A stretch of DNA of 64,000 nt, taken from NCBI GenBank assembly GCA_003250475.1, contig QKGI01000065.1, positions 15,240 through 79,239 of the forward strand. Reading direction: 5' to 3'. Origin of the DNA: Bacteroidota bacterium. GTDB taxonomy: Bacteria; Bacteroidota; Bacteroidia; Bacteroidales; VadinHA17. The translations under genes and the position numbers were made by a program. The notes below the pieces were generated by a model. That model was not told the DNA's origin. It ran no database searches and saw only the letters and a list, made by a program, of their open reading frames with translations. How positions within the stretch are numbered: the stretch's first letter is position 1; every line of letters starts with the position of its first letter. Of this stretch, positions 46,321-57,072 are shown piece by piece.

Positions 46321-47643
46321 ATGAAAGAGGAGTTTCTGCACTGGTTGTGGAAGAACCGGCTTTTTGATGCCGGCCGTCTGGGCAACGTGGAGACCGGACC
46401 TGTCGCGATAATCACCCCGGGGGACTATAACCGGGATTCGGGACCTGACTTTTTCAACTCCCGCCTGGTTATTGCCGGCACTGAATGGGCCGGTAACATC
46501 GAGATACATATCAACTCATCTGACTGGTATCGTCACGGGCACCATACCGATCATGCATACGATAACGTAATCCTTCACCTGGTGCACAACAACGATGCTG
46601 ACGTCTATACGGCATCAGGACGACGTCTTGTCACGATGCGGCTCGAATTTGATCCCTCGCTGTGGGATAACTATATTGATTTTATCAATAACCCCTCAGT
46701 TCTCTCCTGTTCCGGCCTTATTGACAAGGCTGACGGCTTTATGGTGAAGCACTGGCTGTGGTCTCTTGCCGTCGGGCGGCTGGAGAGGAAAAGCAACGAG
46801 ATCAGCGAAATGCTTGGGAAGACCGGCAACGACTGGGAGGAGACGCTCTACAGGCTTATCTCGCGGTACTTCGGCTTCAGGGTGAATACCGACCCGTTTG
46901 AAATGCTGGCCTCAAGACTACCGCTCAAGATAATCAGGAAGCACTCCGACAACCTTTTACAGGTGGAGGCTCTTCTCTTCGGCACTGCAGGTCTGCTTGA
47001 CGAGGCGCTTTTCAGAGAAGCTGTAAACGATGAATATTACCTTCTCCTGTTGCGGGAATTCAATATAATGCGTGCCAAGTACAGCCTGACACCTGTCGAC
47101 GGCTGGCTGTGGAAGTTCCACCGGTTGCGTCCGGCCAACTTTCCCACTGTCAGGCTTGCACAACTGGCAACACTCCTGGCGCACAGTGACGGCCTCTTTT
47201 CAAGGATACTTGAATGTCATAATGCAGGCAGCCTGAGAGCTCTGCTGAGCGTCACAACTTCAGGATACTGGAATAATCATTATCTCTTCGGCAAAGAGGT
47301 GCCTTTCAAGGCCGGCCGGGCGGGAAAACAATCGGTAGATCTGTTGATAATCAATGCTGCCGTTCCAGTGTTGTTCGTTTACGGCAAAGCAAAGCAGCAA
47401 CAGGAAATATGTGACACCGCGGTAGAAATACTTGACAGCCTGCCACCTGAAGATAACAGTGTTGTAAAAGATTTCACGGCAGCAGGGCTCATACCTGAGT
47501 CGGCCTTTGCCACCCAGGCGCTTCTGGAGCTGAGAACATTGTGGTGCAGATATCACAGATGCCTCGACTGCAGGATCGGGACTTCCCTGATTGGAATGGG
47601 ACACGGGATAAGGGGCTCGGGTTCGCTGCTGCTGGAGCCCTGA
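46321..47643 (+). CDS. DUF2851-family protein
   Basis: 440 aa. The N-terminus MKEEFLHWLWKNRLF..PGDYNRDSGPDFFNSRLVIAGTEWAGNIEIHINSSDWYRHGHHTDHAYDNVILHLV matches my memory of DUF2851. Confidence 0.7.
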   Translation: MKEEFLHWLWKNRLFDAGRLGNVETGPVAIITPGDYNRDSGPDFFNSRLVIAGTEWAGNIEIHINSSDWYRHGHHTDHAYDNVILHLVHNNDADVYTASGRRLVTMRLEFDPSLWDNYIDFINNPSVLSCSGLIDKADGFMVKHWLWSLAVGRLERKSNEISEMLGKTGNDWEETLYRLISRYFGFRVNTDPFEMLASRLPLKIIRKHSDNLLQVEALLFGTAGLLDEALFREAVNDEYYLLLLREFNIMRAKYSLTPVDGWLWKFHRLRPANFPTVRLAQLATLLAHSDGLFSRILECHNAGSLRALLSVTTSGYWNNHYLFGKEVPFKAGRAGKQSVDLLIINAAVPVLFVYGKAKQQQEICDTAVEILDSLPPEDNSVVKDFTAAGLIPESAFATQALLELRTLWCRYHRCLDCRIGTSLIGMGHGIRGSGSLLLEP

Positions 47644-47843
47644 AATGCCCGTTTATCGTATTGTGCAATTTTCTCCGCGATTGTTGAATAAAGTTTTCAG
47701 CGTGCGCAACTTTTGGTATTATTCTTGCGTCTTTCCTATAAAGACTCTCCGGTGCCAATTAGTTATCCGGGAGGAGAATAGTTAATACGCTGTCAAATAC
47801 AAAAATTTATTCAAATTGTTTGAATTATTACAAATAAGAGTTG

Positions 47844-47851
47844 TATCTTTG
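47844..47851 (+). promoter_or_regulatory. Candidate rpsO promoter -7 box TATCTTTG (with TTTG -33 element at 47819..47822)
   Basis: TAnnTTTG lies 46 nt upstream of the ATG at 47897. A TTTG sits 21 nt upstream of the box, matching Bacteroidota -33/-7 spacing. Confidence 0.45.
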
Positions 47852-47896
47852 CGAACCAAAATTGGAGAATTTATTAACAATCTATTGGATAAGGAT

Positions 47897-48166
47897 ATGT
47901 ATTTGACTACGGAGAAAAAACAGGAATTTTTCAAGACATTCGGATCGTCAGAGATGGATACAGGCAGTACTGAGGGTCAGATTGCTCTTTTCTCCTACAG
48001 GATTGCGCACCTTACTGAGCACCTGAAGAAAAACAAAAAGGATTTCAGTACACAGAGGTCGCTTATAAAGCTGGTCGGAAAAAGAAGGCGTTTGCTTGAC
48101 TATCTAAAGGTTAAAGATATTTCAAGGTATCGTGAGATTATCAAGGCACTGAACCTTCGTAAGTAA
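47897..48166 (+). CDS. rpsO: 30S ribosomal protein S15
   Basis: ORF 47816..48166. The ATG at 47897 gives an 89-aa product MYLTTEKKQEFFKTFG..TEGQIALFSYRIAHLTEHLKKNKKDFSTQRSL. Confidence 0.93.
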   Translation: MYLTTEKKQEFFKTFGSSEMDTGSTEGQIALFSYRIAHLTEHLKKNKKDFSTQRSLIKLVGKRRRLLDYLKVKDISRYREIIKALNLRK

Positions 48167-48170
48167 AGAG

Positions 48171-48197
48171 AAAAGGCAATTTCATATTGCCTTTTTT
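48171..48197 (+). terminator. Rho-independent terminator/attenuator between rpsO and pnp
   Basis: AAAAGGCAAT-ttcat-ATTGCCTTTT followed by more T residues. Confidence 0.75.
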
Positions 48198-48255
48198 AAT
48201 TCCCGGAGAAGTCTCCCCTTATTTATCAATTATCCCGTAATAATCAGTAATACAG

Positions 48256-50493
48256 ATGTATAAGTTAGTTGAAAAAAGCATTGACCTGGGCGATGGCCGG
48301 TCAATAGTAATAGAGACGGGCAAGCTGGCCAAACAGGCTGACGGCGCAGTGGTGGTAAGGATGGGTCGTACCATGCTTCTGGCAACCGTTGTTGCTGCAA
48401 AAGATGCCAAGGAAGACGTCGACTTCATGCCTCTTTCCGTTGAATATAAGGAAAAATATGCGGCTTCAGGCCGTTTCCCCGGAGGCTTCCTCAAGAGGGA
48501 GGCCAGGCCAGGGGATAATGAGATACTCACCTCCCGCCTTGTCGACAGGGTGCTGCGTCCGCTGTTCCCCGAAGACTTCCATGCCGAGGTCTTTGTGACA
48601 ATCAACCTTATCTCCGCCGATAAGGATATCATGCCCGATGCACTGGCCGGGCTGGCAGCTTCGGCTGCACTGGCGGTCTCAGATATCCCATTCCACGGAC
48701 CTATATCCGAGGTGAGGGTCGCCAGGGTTGACGGCAAGTTCATTGTCAATCCGACATTCGACCAGGTGGAGAACTGTGATCTTGACATTATCGTTGGCGC
48801 CACCTACGAGAACATTATGATGGTTGAAGGTGAGATGAAAGAGGTATCCGAGGATGTTATGCTCGAGGCTCTCCGTATTGCCCACGAAGCCATCAAACCA
48901 CAGTGTCTCGCGCAGAAAGAGCTTTCCGAGATGGTTGGAAAGACAGTGAAGAGGGAGTATTGCCATGAAGTCAATGATGAGGAGCTCCGCAAGAAAATCT
49001 GGGACGAAACATATTCTAAGTGTTATGAACTGGCAGCAACGGGCTCTGATAAAAAGACCCGTTCGGATGGATTTGAAGCCATCAGGGCTGAGTTCCTTGC
49101 ACAGTTCACCGAAGAGGAACCTGTCAACGAGATGTTGGTAAACAGGTACTTCCATGATGTTGAGAAAGAAGCAGCCCGTCGTCTTGTGCTTGACAAGCAC
49201 CAGCGTCTTGACGGCAGAAAGCTTGACGAGATACGGCCTATATGGTGTGAGATTGATCCTCTGCCTGCAGCACACGGCTCTGCCATCTTCACCAGAGGAG
49301 AGACACAGTCACTTACCACAGTTACCCTGGGTACAAAACTCGATGAGAAAATGATCGACGAAGTACTGAAACAGGGATCCGAAAAATTTACCCTGCACTA
49401 TAACTTCCCGCCCTTTGCGACAGGTGAGGCAAAACCTGCCCGTGGTACCAGCCGGAGGGAGATAGGACATGGGAACCTCGCTCACAGGGCTCTGAAAAAC
49501 ATGATGCCTCCTGAAGAGACTAACCCCTATGCCATACGCATCGTTTCAGACATACTGGAATCAAACGGGTCATCGTCAATGGCCACCGTCTGTGCCGGAA
49601 CCCTTGCTCTTATGGATGCAGGTATCAAGATCCGCAAACCGGTATCCGGTATAGCAATGGGCCTGATAACCGACAAGGATGGAAAGAAATTTGCAGTCCT
49701 GTCAGATATACTGGGTGACGAGGATCATCTTGGCGATATGGACTTCAAGGTCACAGGAACGCGCGACGGAATTACCGCCACACAGATGGACATCAAGGTT
49801 GACGGGCTGTCGTTCGAGGTGTTAAAGCAGGCTCTTGACCAGGCTCGTAAAGGGAGAATGCATATCCTTGACATCATGGAACAGACAATAGCCGAACCAA
49901 GGCCCGACCTGAAACCTCATGCCCCAAGGATAGAGAAAATTTATATTCCTAAGGAGATGATTGGCGCAGTTATCGGTCCCGGTGGAAAGATTATCCAGGA
50001 TATCCAGGCAACAACAGGCGCAACCATTGTGATAGAGGAGATAAACGGACAGGGTATGGTTGACGTGTTCGGGGATAACTATGAGATCATCAGGGCTGCC
50101 CTCGACAGGATCAACGCCATATGCGCTGTGCCGGAGGTAGGTAAGGTGTACACAGGAAAGGTAAAGACTATCACACAATTCGGGGCATTTGTAGAGATAC
50201 TTCCGAATAAGGACGGACTTCTTCATATCTCGGAAATGGACTGGAAGAAGGTGGGGACGGTTGAGGAATTGTTTAAGGAAGGAGACCTGGTCGAGGTACA
50301 ACTCATAGAGGTCGATCAGAAGACCGGTAAGCTGAGACTCTCACGCAAGCCGCTGATACCGAAGCCCGAAGGGTATGTAGAACCACCTAAACGTGAATTT
50401 AGCGAGAGAAGAGACCATCATGGCTCCCGTGACGGCAATCGCGGTAACCGTGATCACCGTTCACACGACCGCCGTCGTGATAACGACCGGTAG
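48256..50493 (+). CDS. pnp: Polyribonucleotide nucleotidyltransferase (PNPase) with basic R/D/H-rich C-terminal tail
   Basis: 745 aa. Two RNase PH domains ([20 protein letters not shown].., [13 protein letters not shown]..), KH ([13 protein letters not shown]), S1 ([20 protein letters not shown]), then the tail [30 protein letters not shown]. Confidence 0.95.
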   Translation: MYKLVEKSIDLGDGRSIVIETGKLAKQADGAVVVRMGRTMLLATVVAAKDAKEDVDFMPLSVEYKEKYAASGRFPGGFLKREARPGDNEILTSRLVDRVLRPLFPEDFHAEVFVTINLISADKDIMPDALAGLAASAALAVSDIPFHGPISEVRVARVDGKFIVNPTFDQVENCDLDIIVGATYENIMMVEGEMKEVSEDVMLEALRIAHEAIKPQCLAQKELSEMVGKTVKREYCHEVNDEELRKKIWDETYSKCYELAATGSDKKTRSDGFEAIRAEFLAQFTEEEPVNEMLVNRYFHDVEKEAARRLVLDKHQRLDGRKLDEIRPIWCEIDPLPAAHGSAIFTRGETQSLTTVTLGTKLDEKMIDEVLKQGSEKFTLHYNFPPFATGEAKPARGTSRREIGHGNLAHRALKNMMPPEETNPYAIRIVSDILESNGSSSMATVCAGTLALMDAGIKIRKPVSGIAMGLITDKDGKKFAVLSDILGDEDHLGDMDFKVTGTRDGITATQMDIKVDGLSFEVLKQALDQARKGRMHILDIMEQTIAEPRPDLKPHAPRIEKIYIPKEMIGAVIGPGGKIIQDIQATTGATIVIEEINGQGMVDVFGDNYEIIRAALDRINAICAVPEVGKVYTGKVKTITQFGAFVEILPNKDGLLHISEMDWKKVGTVEELFKEGDLVEVQLIEVDQKTGKLRLSRKPLIPKPEGYVEPPKREFSERRDHHGSRDGNRGNRDHRSHDRRRDNDR

Positions 50494-50528
50494 CTCTTCA
50501 TAAGATATTCATCCAGAATCGTTTTTTG

Positions 50529-50565
50529 AATGCTGAGGCTCACCATTGCGGGTCTCAGCATTTTT
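50529..50565 (+). terminator. Rho-independent terminator after pnp
   Basis: AATGCTGAG-(16 nt)-CTCAGCATT running into TTTTT. Confidence 0.7.
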
Positions 50566-50589
50566 GTTGGTATTGTGACCGTCAAACAT

Positions 50590-50597
50590 TATTTTTG
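50590..50597 (+). promoter_or_regulatory. Candidate -7 box TATTTTTG for the deoxynucleoside kinase gene
   Basis: Matches TAnnTTTG, 26 nt upstream of the ATG at 50623. Confidence 0.35.
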
Positions 50598-50622
50598 ATA
50601 ATGATTGCAACAAGCGAAACCG

Positions 50623-51267
50623 ATGGAGACCGTGAGGTATAATTACATTGTTATTGAAGGAAATATAGGTGCCGGGAAGACTACACTGGCTTCAATGATA
50701 GCCAGGGAGTTCAATGCAAAACTGATCCTCGAACGGTTCGCCGACAATCCCTTCCTTCCCAAGTTCTACGATGACCCGGCAAGGTACTCCTTCCCCCTTG
50801 AGCTTTCATTCCTGGCTGACAGGTACAGGCAGCTCAAGGATGAGCTGGTGGAGCAGGATCTCTTCATGAGCTTCACCGTGGCAGATTACTATTTCATGAA
50901 ATCACTTGTCTTCTCATCAAAGACCCTGGAGAAGGACGAGTTCAGCCTGTACAGGCAGATCTTCTATATCATCTACAGCTCACTGCCAAAGCCTGATCTA
51001 TATGTTTACCTGCATGTCCCGCCGGAAAGGCTTCTCAGAAATATCGCGGCCAGAGGAAGGGAATACGAGCAATCAATCACCGCGGAGTATCTCTCAGGTA
51101 TTCAGGATAGTTATTTCAACTTCTTCAGGCAGAATCCGGAGAACCGCTACCTGGTACTTGATACTTCAAATATAGATTTTGTGGCCAGCGGTGAGGACTA
51201 CCGGAAAGTAAAGGAAGTCATTTTCGGAGAGACTGTAAAGCCGGGTATCAATCTGTTTAATTTCTGA
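50623..51267 (+). CDS. Deoxynucleoside kinase
   Basis: The tracked ORF starts at the TTG at 50605. The ATG at 50623 gives METVRYNYIVIEGNIGAGKTTLA (P-loop). ERF.DNPFL and ARGREYE blocks of the dNK family. Confidence 0.8.
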   Translation: METVRYNYIVIEGNIGAGKTTLASMIAREFNAKLILERFADNPFLPKFYDDPARYSFPLELSFLADRYRQLKDELVEQDLFMSFTVADYYFMKSLVFSSKTLEKDEFSLYRQIFYIIYSSLPKPDLYVYLHVPPERLLRNIAARGREYEQSITAEYLSGIQDSYFNFFRQNPENRYLVLDTSNIDFVASGEDYRKVKEVIFGETVKPGINLFNF

Positions 51268-51309
51268 TTTTTTCATCCGGTGTTTGCTGTTAATGACTAA
51301 AAATTATCT

Positions 51310-51317
51310 TAAATTTG
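51310..51317 (+). promoter_or_regulatory. Candidate -7 box TAAATTTG
   Basis: Matches TAnnTTTG, 72 nt upstream of the ATG at 51389. Confidence 0.3.
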
Positions 51318-51388
51318 CAACCAAATCAGAAATATTGTATAATTGTTTAATTAAACAGAAACTGATCGCAACTAATAAAAAACAAATT

Positions 51389-53095
51389 ATGAAAAATTTC
51401 ACCAGACTTTTTGTCATTCTGCTCGCTGCTGTGCTTATGTCAGGTTGCAGCAGTCTTGACAAGATGAAGAAAAACGCCAATCTTGTCAAGTATGAGATTA
51501 CGCCTAAGGTACTTGAGACTCATGCTGGCATAGTTGCCGCCCAGGTAAAAGCCACCTATCCGGAGAAGTACTTTGACAAAAACACGACTCTGAAGATCAC
51601 CCCCGTCCTTGTTTACGAAGGTGGCGAAACAGCATTTGACGAACTCCTCTATGCACAGGGTGAGAAGGTTCTGGCTAATAACAAATCTGTCAGTTGGACA
51701 GGTGGAACCATCAACTGGTCAGGAGATGTCAACTATATACCGGAAATGAAGGTCTCTGAGTTTATGCTCCGCGTTGAGGCAGAAAGAAAAGGCAAGACCC
51801 TGGCGTTTGATCCCATCAAACTGGCCGACGGTGTCATTGCAACCTCCACGCTGGTTGAAGATCACGCTAAGCCAATAGTGCTGAAAGATAAATATCAGAG
51901 GATCGTCCCTGAGCAGAAGATGGCTGATATTCTTTATATTATAAACAGGTCTGATATACGCCCGGCCGAACTGAAGGCTGAAGATATACAGGCTCTCAAG
52001 GATTATGTTGCTCTTGTCATGCAGAACGACAGAATGGAAGTAAAGGGTGTGACAACAAGCTCATACGCTTCACCTGACGGTCCGCTTACCCTCAACGAAA
52101 AACTGTCAGTTCAGAGAGGCAAGGCAGCTGAGAAATATCTGCAGAAAGAGTATGGCAAGATACCTGAACTCGCAGAACTCTTCTCAAGCCAGACCACAGC
52201 TGAAGACTGGGACGGATTCAAGGCTCTCGTCCAGGAATCATCAATGGCCGACAAGGAGCTCATCCTCAGAGTGCTTTCAATGTACCAGGATCCTGTCGTT
52301 CGTGAACAGGAGATCAAGAATATGTCAACCGCCTATGAGGCTCTCGCTGATGAGATTCTTCCCCAGCTGAGAAGGTCAAAATTCATTGTTGACGTTAACC
52401 TGGTAGGCCTCAGTGATGAGGAGATACTGAACGCAATCAAGAATGATCCTTCAATCCTCAGCCTCGAGCAGCTGCTCTATGCCGCCACCCTGACGGAAGA
52501 TCCTATGGAGATGCTTAAGGACTACCAGCTGGCTGCAGAGAAGGAACCCAAGTGCTACCGTGCATGGAACAACATCGGCTGGGTATACCTGAGCATGGGT
52601 AAAGCAGATGAGGCTATGCAGGCACTCGAAAAAGCCAAGGCTCTGAAGAATGATGACAATGTAAAGAATAATATGGGTTTTGCTGCCCTGTTACAGGGTG
52701 ACATCCAGGCTGCTGCCGAGTACTTCAACTCAATGTCAGCCGCCACACCCGAATCAAGATTCGGACTTGGAACCATCGCAATACATGAAGGTAAATATGA
52801 CCAGGCTGTCAACTTCCTCAGCGACAAGCCTTCCATGAACCTTGCCCTTGCACAGCTTCTTAAAGGAGACCTCAACAAGGCCAAGACTACCATGGAATCA
52901 GTTAAGCCATGCAAATGCGGTGCACCTTCTTACCTGAAGGCTGTCATAGCTGCCCGCCTTGACGACAAGGACGGTGTCATCAATGGCCTGCGTGAAGCTA
53001 TCGGCTACAACAGCGAATGGAAGAACTATGCAAGAACCGATCTGGAGTTTGCTAAATTCTTTTTAGATGATACATTTGATTCTGTCACCAAGTAA
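51389..53095 (+). CDS. Lipoprotein with an OmpA-like segment and C-terminal TPR repeats
   Basis: ORF 51284..53095. The ATG at 51389 gives MKNFTRLFVILLAAVLMSGCSS (lipobox). YASPDGPLTLNEKLSVQRGKAAEKYL resembles the OmpA-like motif. TPR-like repeats lie in the last ~200 aa. Confidence 0.65.
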   Translation: MKNFTRLFVILLAAVLMSGCSSLDKMKKNANLVKYEITPKVLETHAGIVAAQVKATYPEKYFDKNTTLKITPVLVYEGGETAFDELLYAQGEKVLANNKSVSWTGGTINWSGDVNYIPEMKVSEFMLRVEAERKGKTLAFDPIKLADGVIATSTLVEDHAKPIVLKDKYQRIVPEQKMADILYIINRSDIRPAELKAEDIQALKDYVALVMQNDRMEVKGVTTSSYASPDGPLTLNEKLSVQRGKAAEKYLQKEYGKIPELAELFSSQTTAEDWDGFKALVQESSMADKELILRVLSMYQDPVVREQEIKNMSTAYEALADEILPQLRRSKFIVDVNLVGLSDEEILNAIKNDPSILSLEQLLYAATLTEDPMEMLKDYQLAAEKEPKCYRAWNNIGWVYLSMGKADEAMQALEKAKALKNDDNVKNNMGFAALLQGDIQAAAEYFNSMSAATPESRFGLGTIAIHEGKYDQAVNFLSDKPSMNLALAQLLKGDLNKAKTTMESVKPCKCGAPSYLKAVIAARLDDKDGVINGLREAIGYNSEWKNYARTDLEFAKFFLDDTFDSVTK

Positions 53096-53114
53096 AGAAT
53101 CGTACAGATAAAGG

Positions 53115-53150
53115 AAACCCCGTCATCCTTCAGGCATGACGGGGTTTTTT
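53115..53150. terminator. Terminator hairpin between convergent genes
   Basis: AAACCCCGTCAT-ccttcaggc-ATGACGGGGTTT, a 12-bp perfect stem, followed by TTTTTT on the plus strand. The stop codon of the minus-strand gene overlaps the T tract. Confidence 0.8.
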
Positions 53151-53685
53151 ATTTGTTGCCTGTTGCCTTGCCCGCCAGCTCCCACAGGACTATTCCTGCG
53201 CTGACGGCTATGTTAAATGAATGTTTGGTCCCATACTGAGGTATCTCGATACAGGCATCAGAAAGATCCACAACCTCGTTACTTACGCCGTTGATCTCAT
53301 GCCCGAACACAAGAGCATATTTAGTTCCCGGTACAACAGCATACCGGTCAAGTGCAACAGCCTCATCGGCCTGTTCGACGGATACTACCGTGTATCCCTC
53401 ATCCTTCAACTCCCTGACAGCCTCCACGGCACTCTTGTAATATTTCCATTTAACAGAATCAGTGGCACCGAGCGCCGTCTTATGAATCTCCCTGTGAGGA
53501 GGGGTGGCAGTTATACCACACAGATATACGGCTTCAACAATAAATGCGTCAGCTGTGCGGAAAACTGACCCTACATTATTGAGGCTTCTGACATTGTCAA
53601 GCACAATAACGAAGGGAGACTTTTCAGAAGCATGAAATTCCGTTACACTCTTGCGATTAAGCTCTTCATTGGTCAGCTTCCTCAT
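53149..53685 (-). CDS. TrmH/SpoU-family RNA 2'-O-methyltransferase
   Basis: 178 aa. SpoU blocks LDNVRSLNNVGSVFRTADAF, LVFGHEINGVS and IEIPQYGTKHSFNIAVSAGIVL. Confidence 0.8.
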   Translation of the reverse strand: MRKLTNEELNRKSVTEFHASEKSPFVIVLDNVRSLNNVGSVFRTADAFIVEAVYLCGITATPPHREIHKTALGATDSVKWKYYKSAVEAVRELKDEGYTVVSVEQADEAVALDRYAVVPGTKYALVFGHEINGVSNEVVDLSDACIEIPQYGTKHSFNIAVSAGIVLWELAGKATGNK

Positions 53686-53781
53686 AGATAAAATTTTTAA
53701 CGAAAATAATTATAAAAAAGAGTAAATTACAATCCTGTTAAGAGGGAGCTACATTACTAACCACATATCAGATTTCTTATC

Positions 53782-54972
53782 ATGAATATCCACGAATACC
53801 AGGGAAAATCCATATTACAGGCCCATGGGGTACCGGTACAGGAGGGCTTTGTGGCTGAGACTGCCGGACAGGCAAAGATGATAGCCGAAGAGCTGCAGAA
53901 GAAATATGGTACAGAAGTATTTGTCATCAAGGCGCAGATCCACGCAGGAGGAAGAGGCAAGGGCGGAGGGGTGAAGATAGCCCGTTCTCCTGATGAAGCT
54001 GCGGAAGTTGCTTCACGTATACTTGGAATGACCCTTGTGACCCCGCAGACTGGTCCTGCCGGGAAAGTAGTACATAAGGTCCTGGTAGCCCGTGATGTTT
54101 ATTATAAGGGTGAATCAGATATCAGGGAATTCTATATGTCCATCCTTCTTGACCGTAAGAAATCGGCATACGTGGTTGTGTATTCCACCGAAGGAGGTAT
54201 GGATATCGAGGAGGTGGCAGCAAGCAAGCCGGATGCCATCTTCACCGAGGTAGTAGACTCCAGCTGCTGCCTCCACGAGTTTCAGATGCGTACAATAGCC
54301 TCTAACCTGGGCCTTCATGGCAAAGCCTACAGGGAGATGACTGACTTCATCAGGGGGCTCTGGGAATCATTTGTCAGCTCCGATGCCTCACTTATAGAGA
54401 TTAACCCGCTCCTGAAGACCAGTGATGATAAGGTTCTTGCGGTCGACTGTAAGGTCTCCCTTGATGATAACGCTCTCTACCGGCATCCCGAGTTTGAGGC
54501 TATGCGTGACCTGAATGAGGAAGACCCTACTGAAGTGGAGGCCGGAGCCAGCAACCTTAATTATGTTAAACTCGACGGCGACGTGGGTTGCATGGTTAAC
54601 GGTGCAGGTCTGGCCATGGCTACGATGGACCTGATACAGCTATCCGGTGGCAGGCCTGCCAACTTTCTGGATGTTGGTGGCGGGGCCAATGCAAAGACAG
54701 TGGAGGCAGGCTTCAGGATCATCCTTAAGGATCCGAATGTCAGGGCCATACTGATAAATATCTTTGGCGGTATTGTCAGATGTGACCGTGTTGCTGAGGG
54801 TATCATTGAAGCATATAAATCGATAGGCAACATAAATGTCCCGGTAATTGTCAGGCTCCAGGGCACCAACGCAATTGAGGCCAAGGAGCTGATTGACCGT
54901 TCGGGACTAAAAGTCATTGCAGCATCGACTTTCTCCGATGCAGCAGGAAAAGTGAGAGCAGCACTTAATTAA
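53782..54972 (+). CDS. sucC: Succinate-CoA ligase (ADP-forming) beta subunit
   Basis: 396 aa. MNIHEYQGKSILQAHGVPV, KAQIHAGGRGKGGGVK and NIFGGIVRCD. Confidence 0.92.
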   Translation: MNIHEYQGKSILQAHGVPVQEGFVAETAGQAKMIAEELQKKYGTEVFVIKAQIHAGGRGKGGGVKIARSPDEAAEVASRILGMTLVTPQTGPAGKVVHKVLVARDVYYKGESDIREFYMSILLDRKKSAYVVVYSTEGGMDIEEVAASKPDAIFTEVVDSSCCLHEFQMRTIASNLGLHGKAYREMTDFIRGLWESFVSSDASLIEINPLLKTSDDKVLAVDCKVSLDDNALYRHPEFEAMRDLNEEDPTEVEAGASNLNYVKLDGDVGCMVNGAGLAMATMDLIQLSGGRPANFLDVGGGANAKTVEAGFRIILKDPNVRAILINIFGGIVRCDRVAEGIIEAYKSIGNINVPVIVRLQGTNAIEAKELIDRSGLKVIAASTFSDAAGKVRAALN

Positions 54973-55062
54973 CCGGTCTTTATTACTTCAGCCGTTGATA
55001 ATTTCAGGTCACCCTCCCTGTAGTTATTGCCATTTATTTATAATTTGGCTCAGTTTCAACCA

Positions 55063-57072
55063 ATGAACAAAGGGTTTGCGGATATAATAATACCTGTGGC
55101 TGTCGGTGGCAGTTTTACCTATGGTATCCCGGTGGATCTGCTGGGAACGGTTAGACGCGGCAGCCTGGTGACTGTCCCTTTTCGTCAGAGCAGTGATACC
55201 ATCGGTCTTGTTATCAATACCCACGATACGCCGCCGTCCGGCATGAGCTTCAGGGAGATCATCAGCTGCCTCCCTGAAGAGGCTTCAGTCAATGAGAAGC
55301 TGGTTGAATTTATTATGTGGGTCTCCGACTACTACATGGCTTACCCTGGTGAGGTGATGAAGGCTGCCATCCCCCCGGGTAGTGAGCTTCCGGGTAATAA
55401 GGTTAAACGCAGGAGGAAACAGGAGAGCGGGAGCGATGAGGTGCTCACGCTGCCTGCCAGGCTGAACGCCCTGCAGACAGATGTGTCAGGTGCAATACGC
55501 AACCTTTTTAAGGAACAGGAGGTGGTCCTTCTTCACGGGGTAACCTCCAGCGGCAAGACGGAGATATATATCCATCACATGCAGGAGCAGCTCGCAGCAG
55601 GCAGACAGGTACTATATATGCTTCCTGAGATAGCCCTCACCACCCAGATCATAGAACGCCTCAGGAAGCACTTCGGATCCTCCATCGGTGTGTTTCACTC
55701 ACGACTGACCCCCTCGGCACGCAGGGAGGTATGGAAGAAGGTCAGTGATGGCACCCTCAGGGCTGTCCTGGGTGTGAGATCGTCGCTCTTCCTGCCCTTC
55801 AGGGACCTGGGACTGATCATCATCGATGAGGAGCATGACTCATCATATAAGCAATATGACCCTGCACCACGGTATCACGCGCGTGATGCTGCCATGATAC
55901 TGGCACGTATCCATGGGGGCAAGACCCTGCTTGGCTCCGCCACTCCTTCACTGGAGAGCTATCATAATGCCACCGTCGGCAGGTATGGCCTCGTTGAGCT
56001 GATGACAAGATATGGAGAGGTAATGATGCCGGAGATGATCATAGCAGATACCCGTTCAACTCAAAAGAGCAGAAAAGGAGTAACCCACTTCACACCAAGG
56101 CTGCTCAAGGCTATCGGAGAGGCACTTGACAATGAAGAGCAGGTCATACTCTTTCAGAACAGGAGAGGTTTCTCACCATTCATCATGTGCCCTGACTGCG
56201 GCTGGGTACCTCAATGCACAAACTGTTCCGTAAGTTATACTTATCATAAGAGCATAGGACGGATGATATGTCACTATTGCGGTAAAAGTGTCAGGCTTCC
56301 CGCAGAATGCCCTGAATGCGGGTCGACCTCGCTGACAACAAAAGGATTCGGTACCGAAAAGATAGAGGAGGAGATTAAGATAATGTTTCCTTCTGCCAGG
56401 GTGGCAAGGATGGACCAGGATACGACAAGAAGAAGAAATGCCGCATCAGAGATTTTAACAGACTTTGCTGCCGGGGAAACGGACATCCTTATCGGTACCC
56501 AGATGATATCAAAGGGGCTCGACTTCGAGAGGCTGACGGTGGTAGGTGTCCTTGATGCCGATAACATGATGCATTTTCCCGATTTCAGAGCCTTCGAGCG
56601 CAGCTTCCAGCTCATGGCGCAGGTCAGCGGCAGGGCAGGCAGGAGGACCCGCAGAGGAAAGGTTATCATCCAGACGGCTGACCCGGCTCACATGGTGCTC
56701 AGACAGGTGCTGAAAAATGACTACCAGGCAATGTGCAGGTACCAGCTCGAAGAGAGGTCTCTGTTCGGGTATCCGCCATTTGTGAGAATTATCAGGATTG
56801 TGATCAGGCACCGCGACCTTGAGGAATTGAACATATCAGCATCACGCCTGGCAGAGAGTCTAAAGAAACATCTCGGCAGCAAAGTGCTCGGACCTGAGTT
56901 TCCACTGGTAAGGCAGGTCCAGAAATGGTTCATCAAGACCATCATGATCAAGATTGATAACAGCCTGTCACCATCAAGGGTGAAAGAGGTTATAAGGAGA
57001 GAAATTGATAATGAGATGAAAAGGACAAGGCAGGGGATTCTGCGGATCCACGCCGATGTGGACCCGCAGTGA
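55063..57072 (+). CDS. priA: Primosomal protein N' (replication restart helicase PriA)
   Basis: The tracked ORF starts at the TTG at 55027. The ATG at 55063 gives MNKGFADIIIPVAV. Walker A GVTSSGKTE, DEEHD, and the Cys-rich zinc region CPDCGWVPQCTNCSVSYTYH..CHYCG..CPECGS. Confidence 0.9.
   Translation: MNKGFADIIIPVAVGGSFTYGIPVDLLGTVRRGSLVTVPFRQSSDTIGLVINTHDTPPSGMSFREIISCLPEEASVNEKLVEFIMWVSDYYMAYPGEVMKAAIPPGSELPGNKVKRRRKQESGSDEVLTLPARLNALQTDVSGAIRNLFKEQEVVLLHGVTSSGKTEIYIHHMQEQLAAGRQVLYMLPEIALTTQIIERLRKHFGSSIGVFHSRLTPSARREVWKKVSDGTLRAVLGVRSSLFLPFRDLGLIIIDEEHDSSYKQYDPAPRYHARDAAMILARIHGGKTLLGSATPSLESYHNATVGRYGLVELMTRYGEVMMPEMIIADTRSTQKSRKGVTHFTPRLLKAIGEALDNEEQVILFQNRRGFSPFIMCPDCGWVPQCTNCSVSYTYHKSIGRMICHYCGKSVRLPAECPECGSTSLTTKGFGTEKIEEEIKIMFPSARVARMDQDTTRRRNAASEILTDFAAGETDILIGTQMISKGLDFERLTVVGVLDADNMMHFPDFRAFERSFQLMAQVSGRAGRRTRRGKVIIQTADPAHMVLRQVLKNDYQAMCRYQLEERSLFGYPPFVRIIRIVIRHRDLEELNISASRLAESLKKHLGSKVLGPEFPLVRQVQKWFIKTIMIKIDNSLSPSRVKEVIRREIDNEMKRTRQGILRIHADVDPQ

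Noticed and set aside
48219-49275. Minus-strand ORFs of 194 and 198 aa
   Set aside because: Antisense to pnp, with Ser/Thr/Ala-rich shadow-frame composition.
53782-54972. sucC is not followed by sucD
   Set aside because: The alpha subunit is presumably encoded elsewhere. One missing neighbour in a 64-kb window is not evidence of gene loss or novelty.
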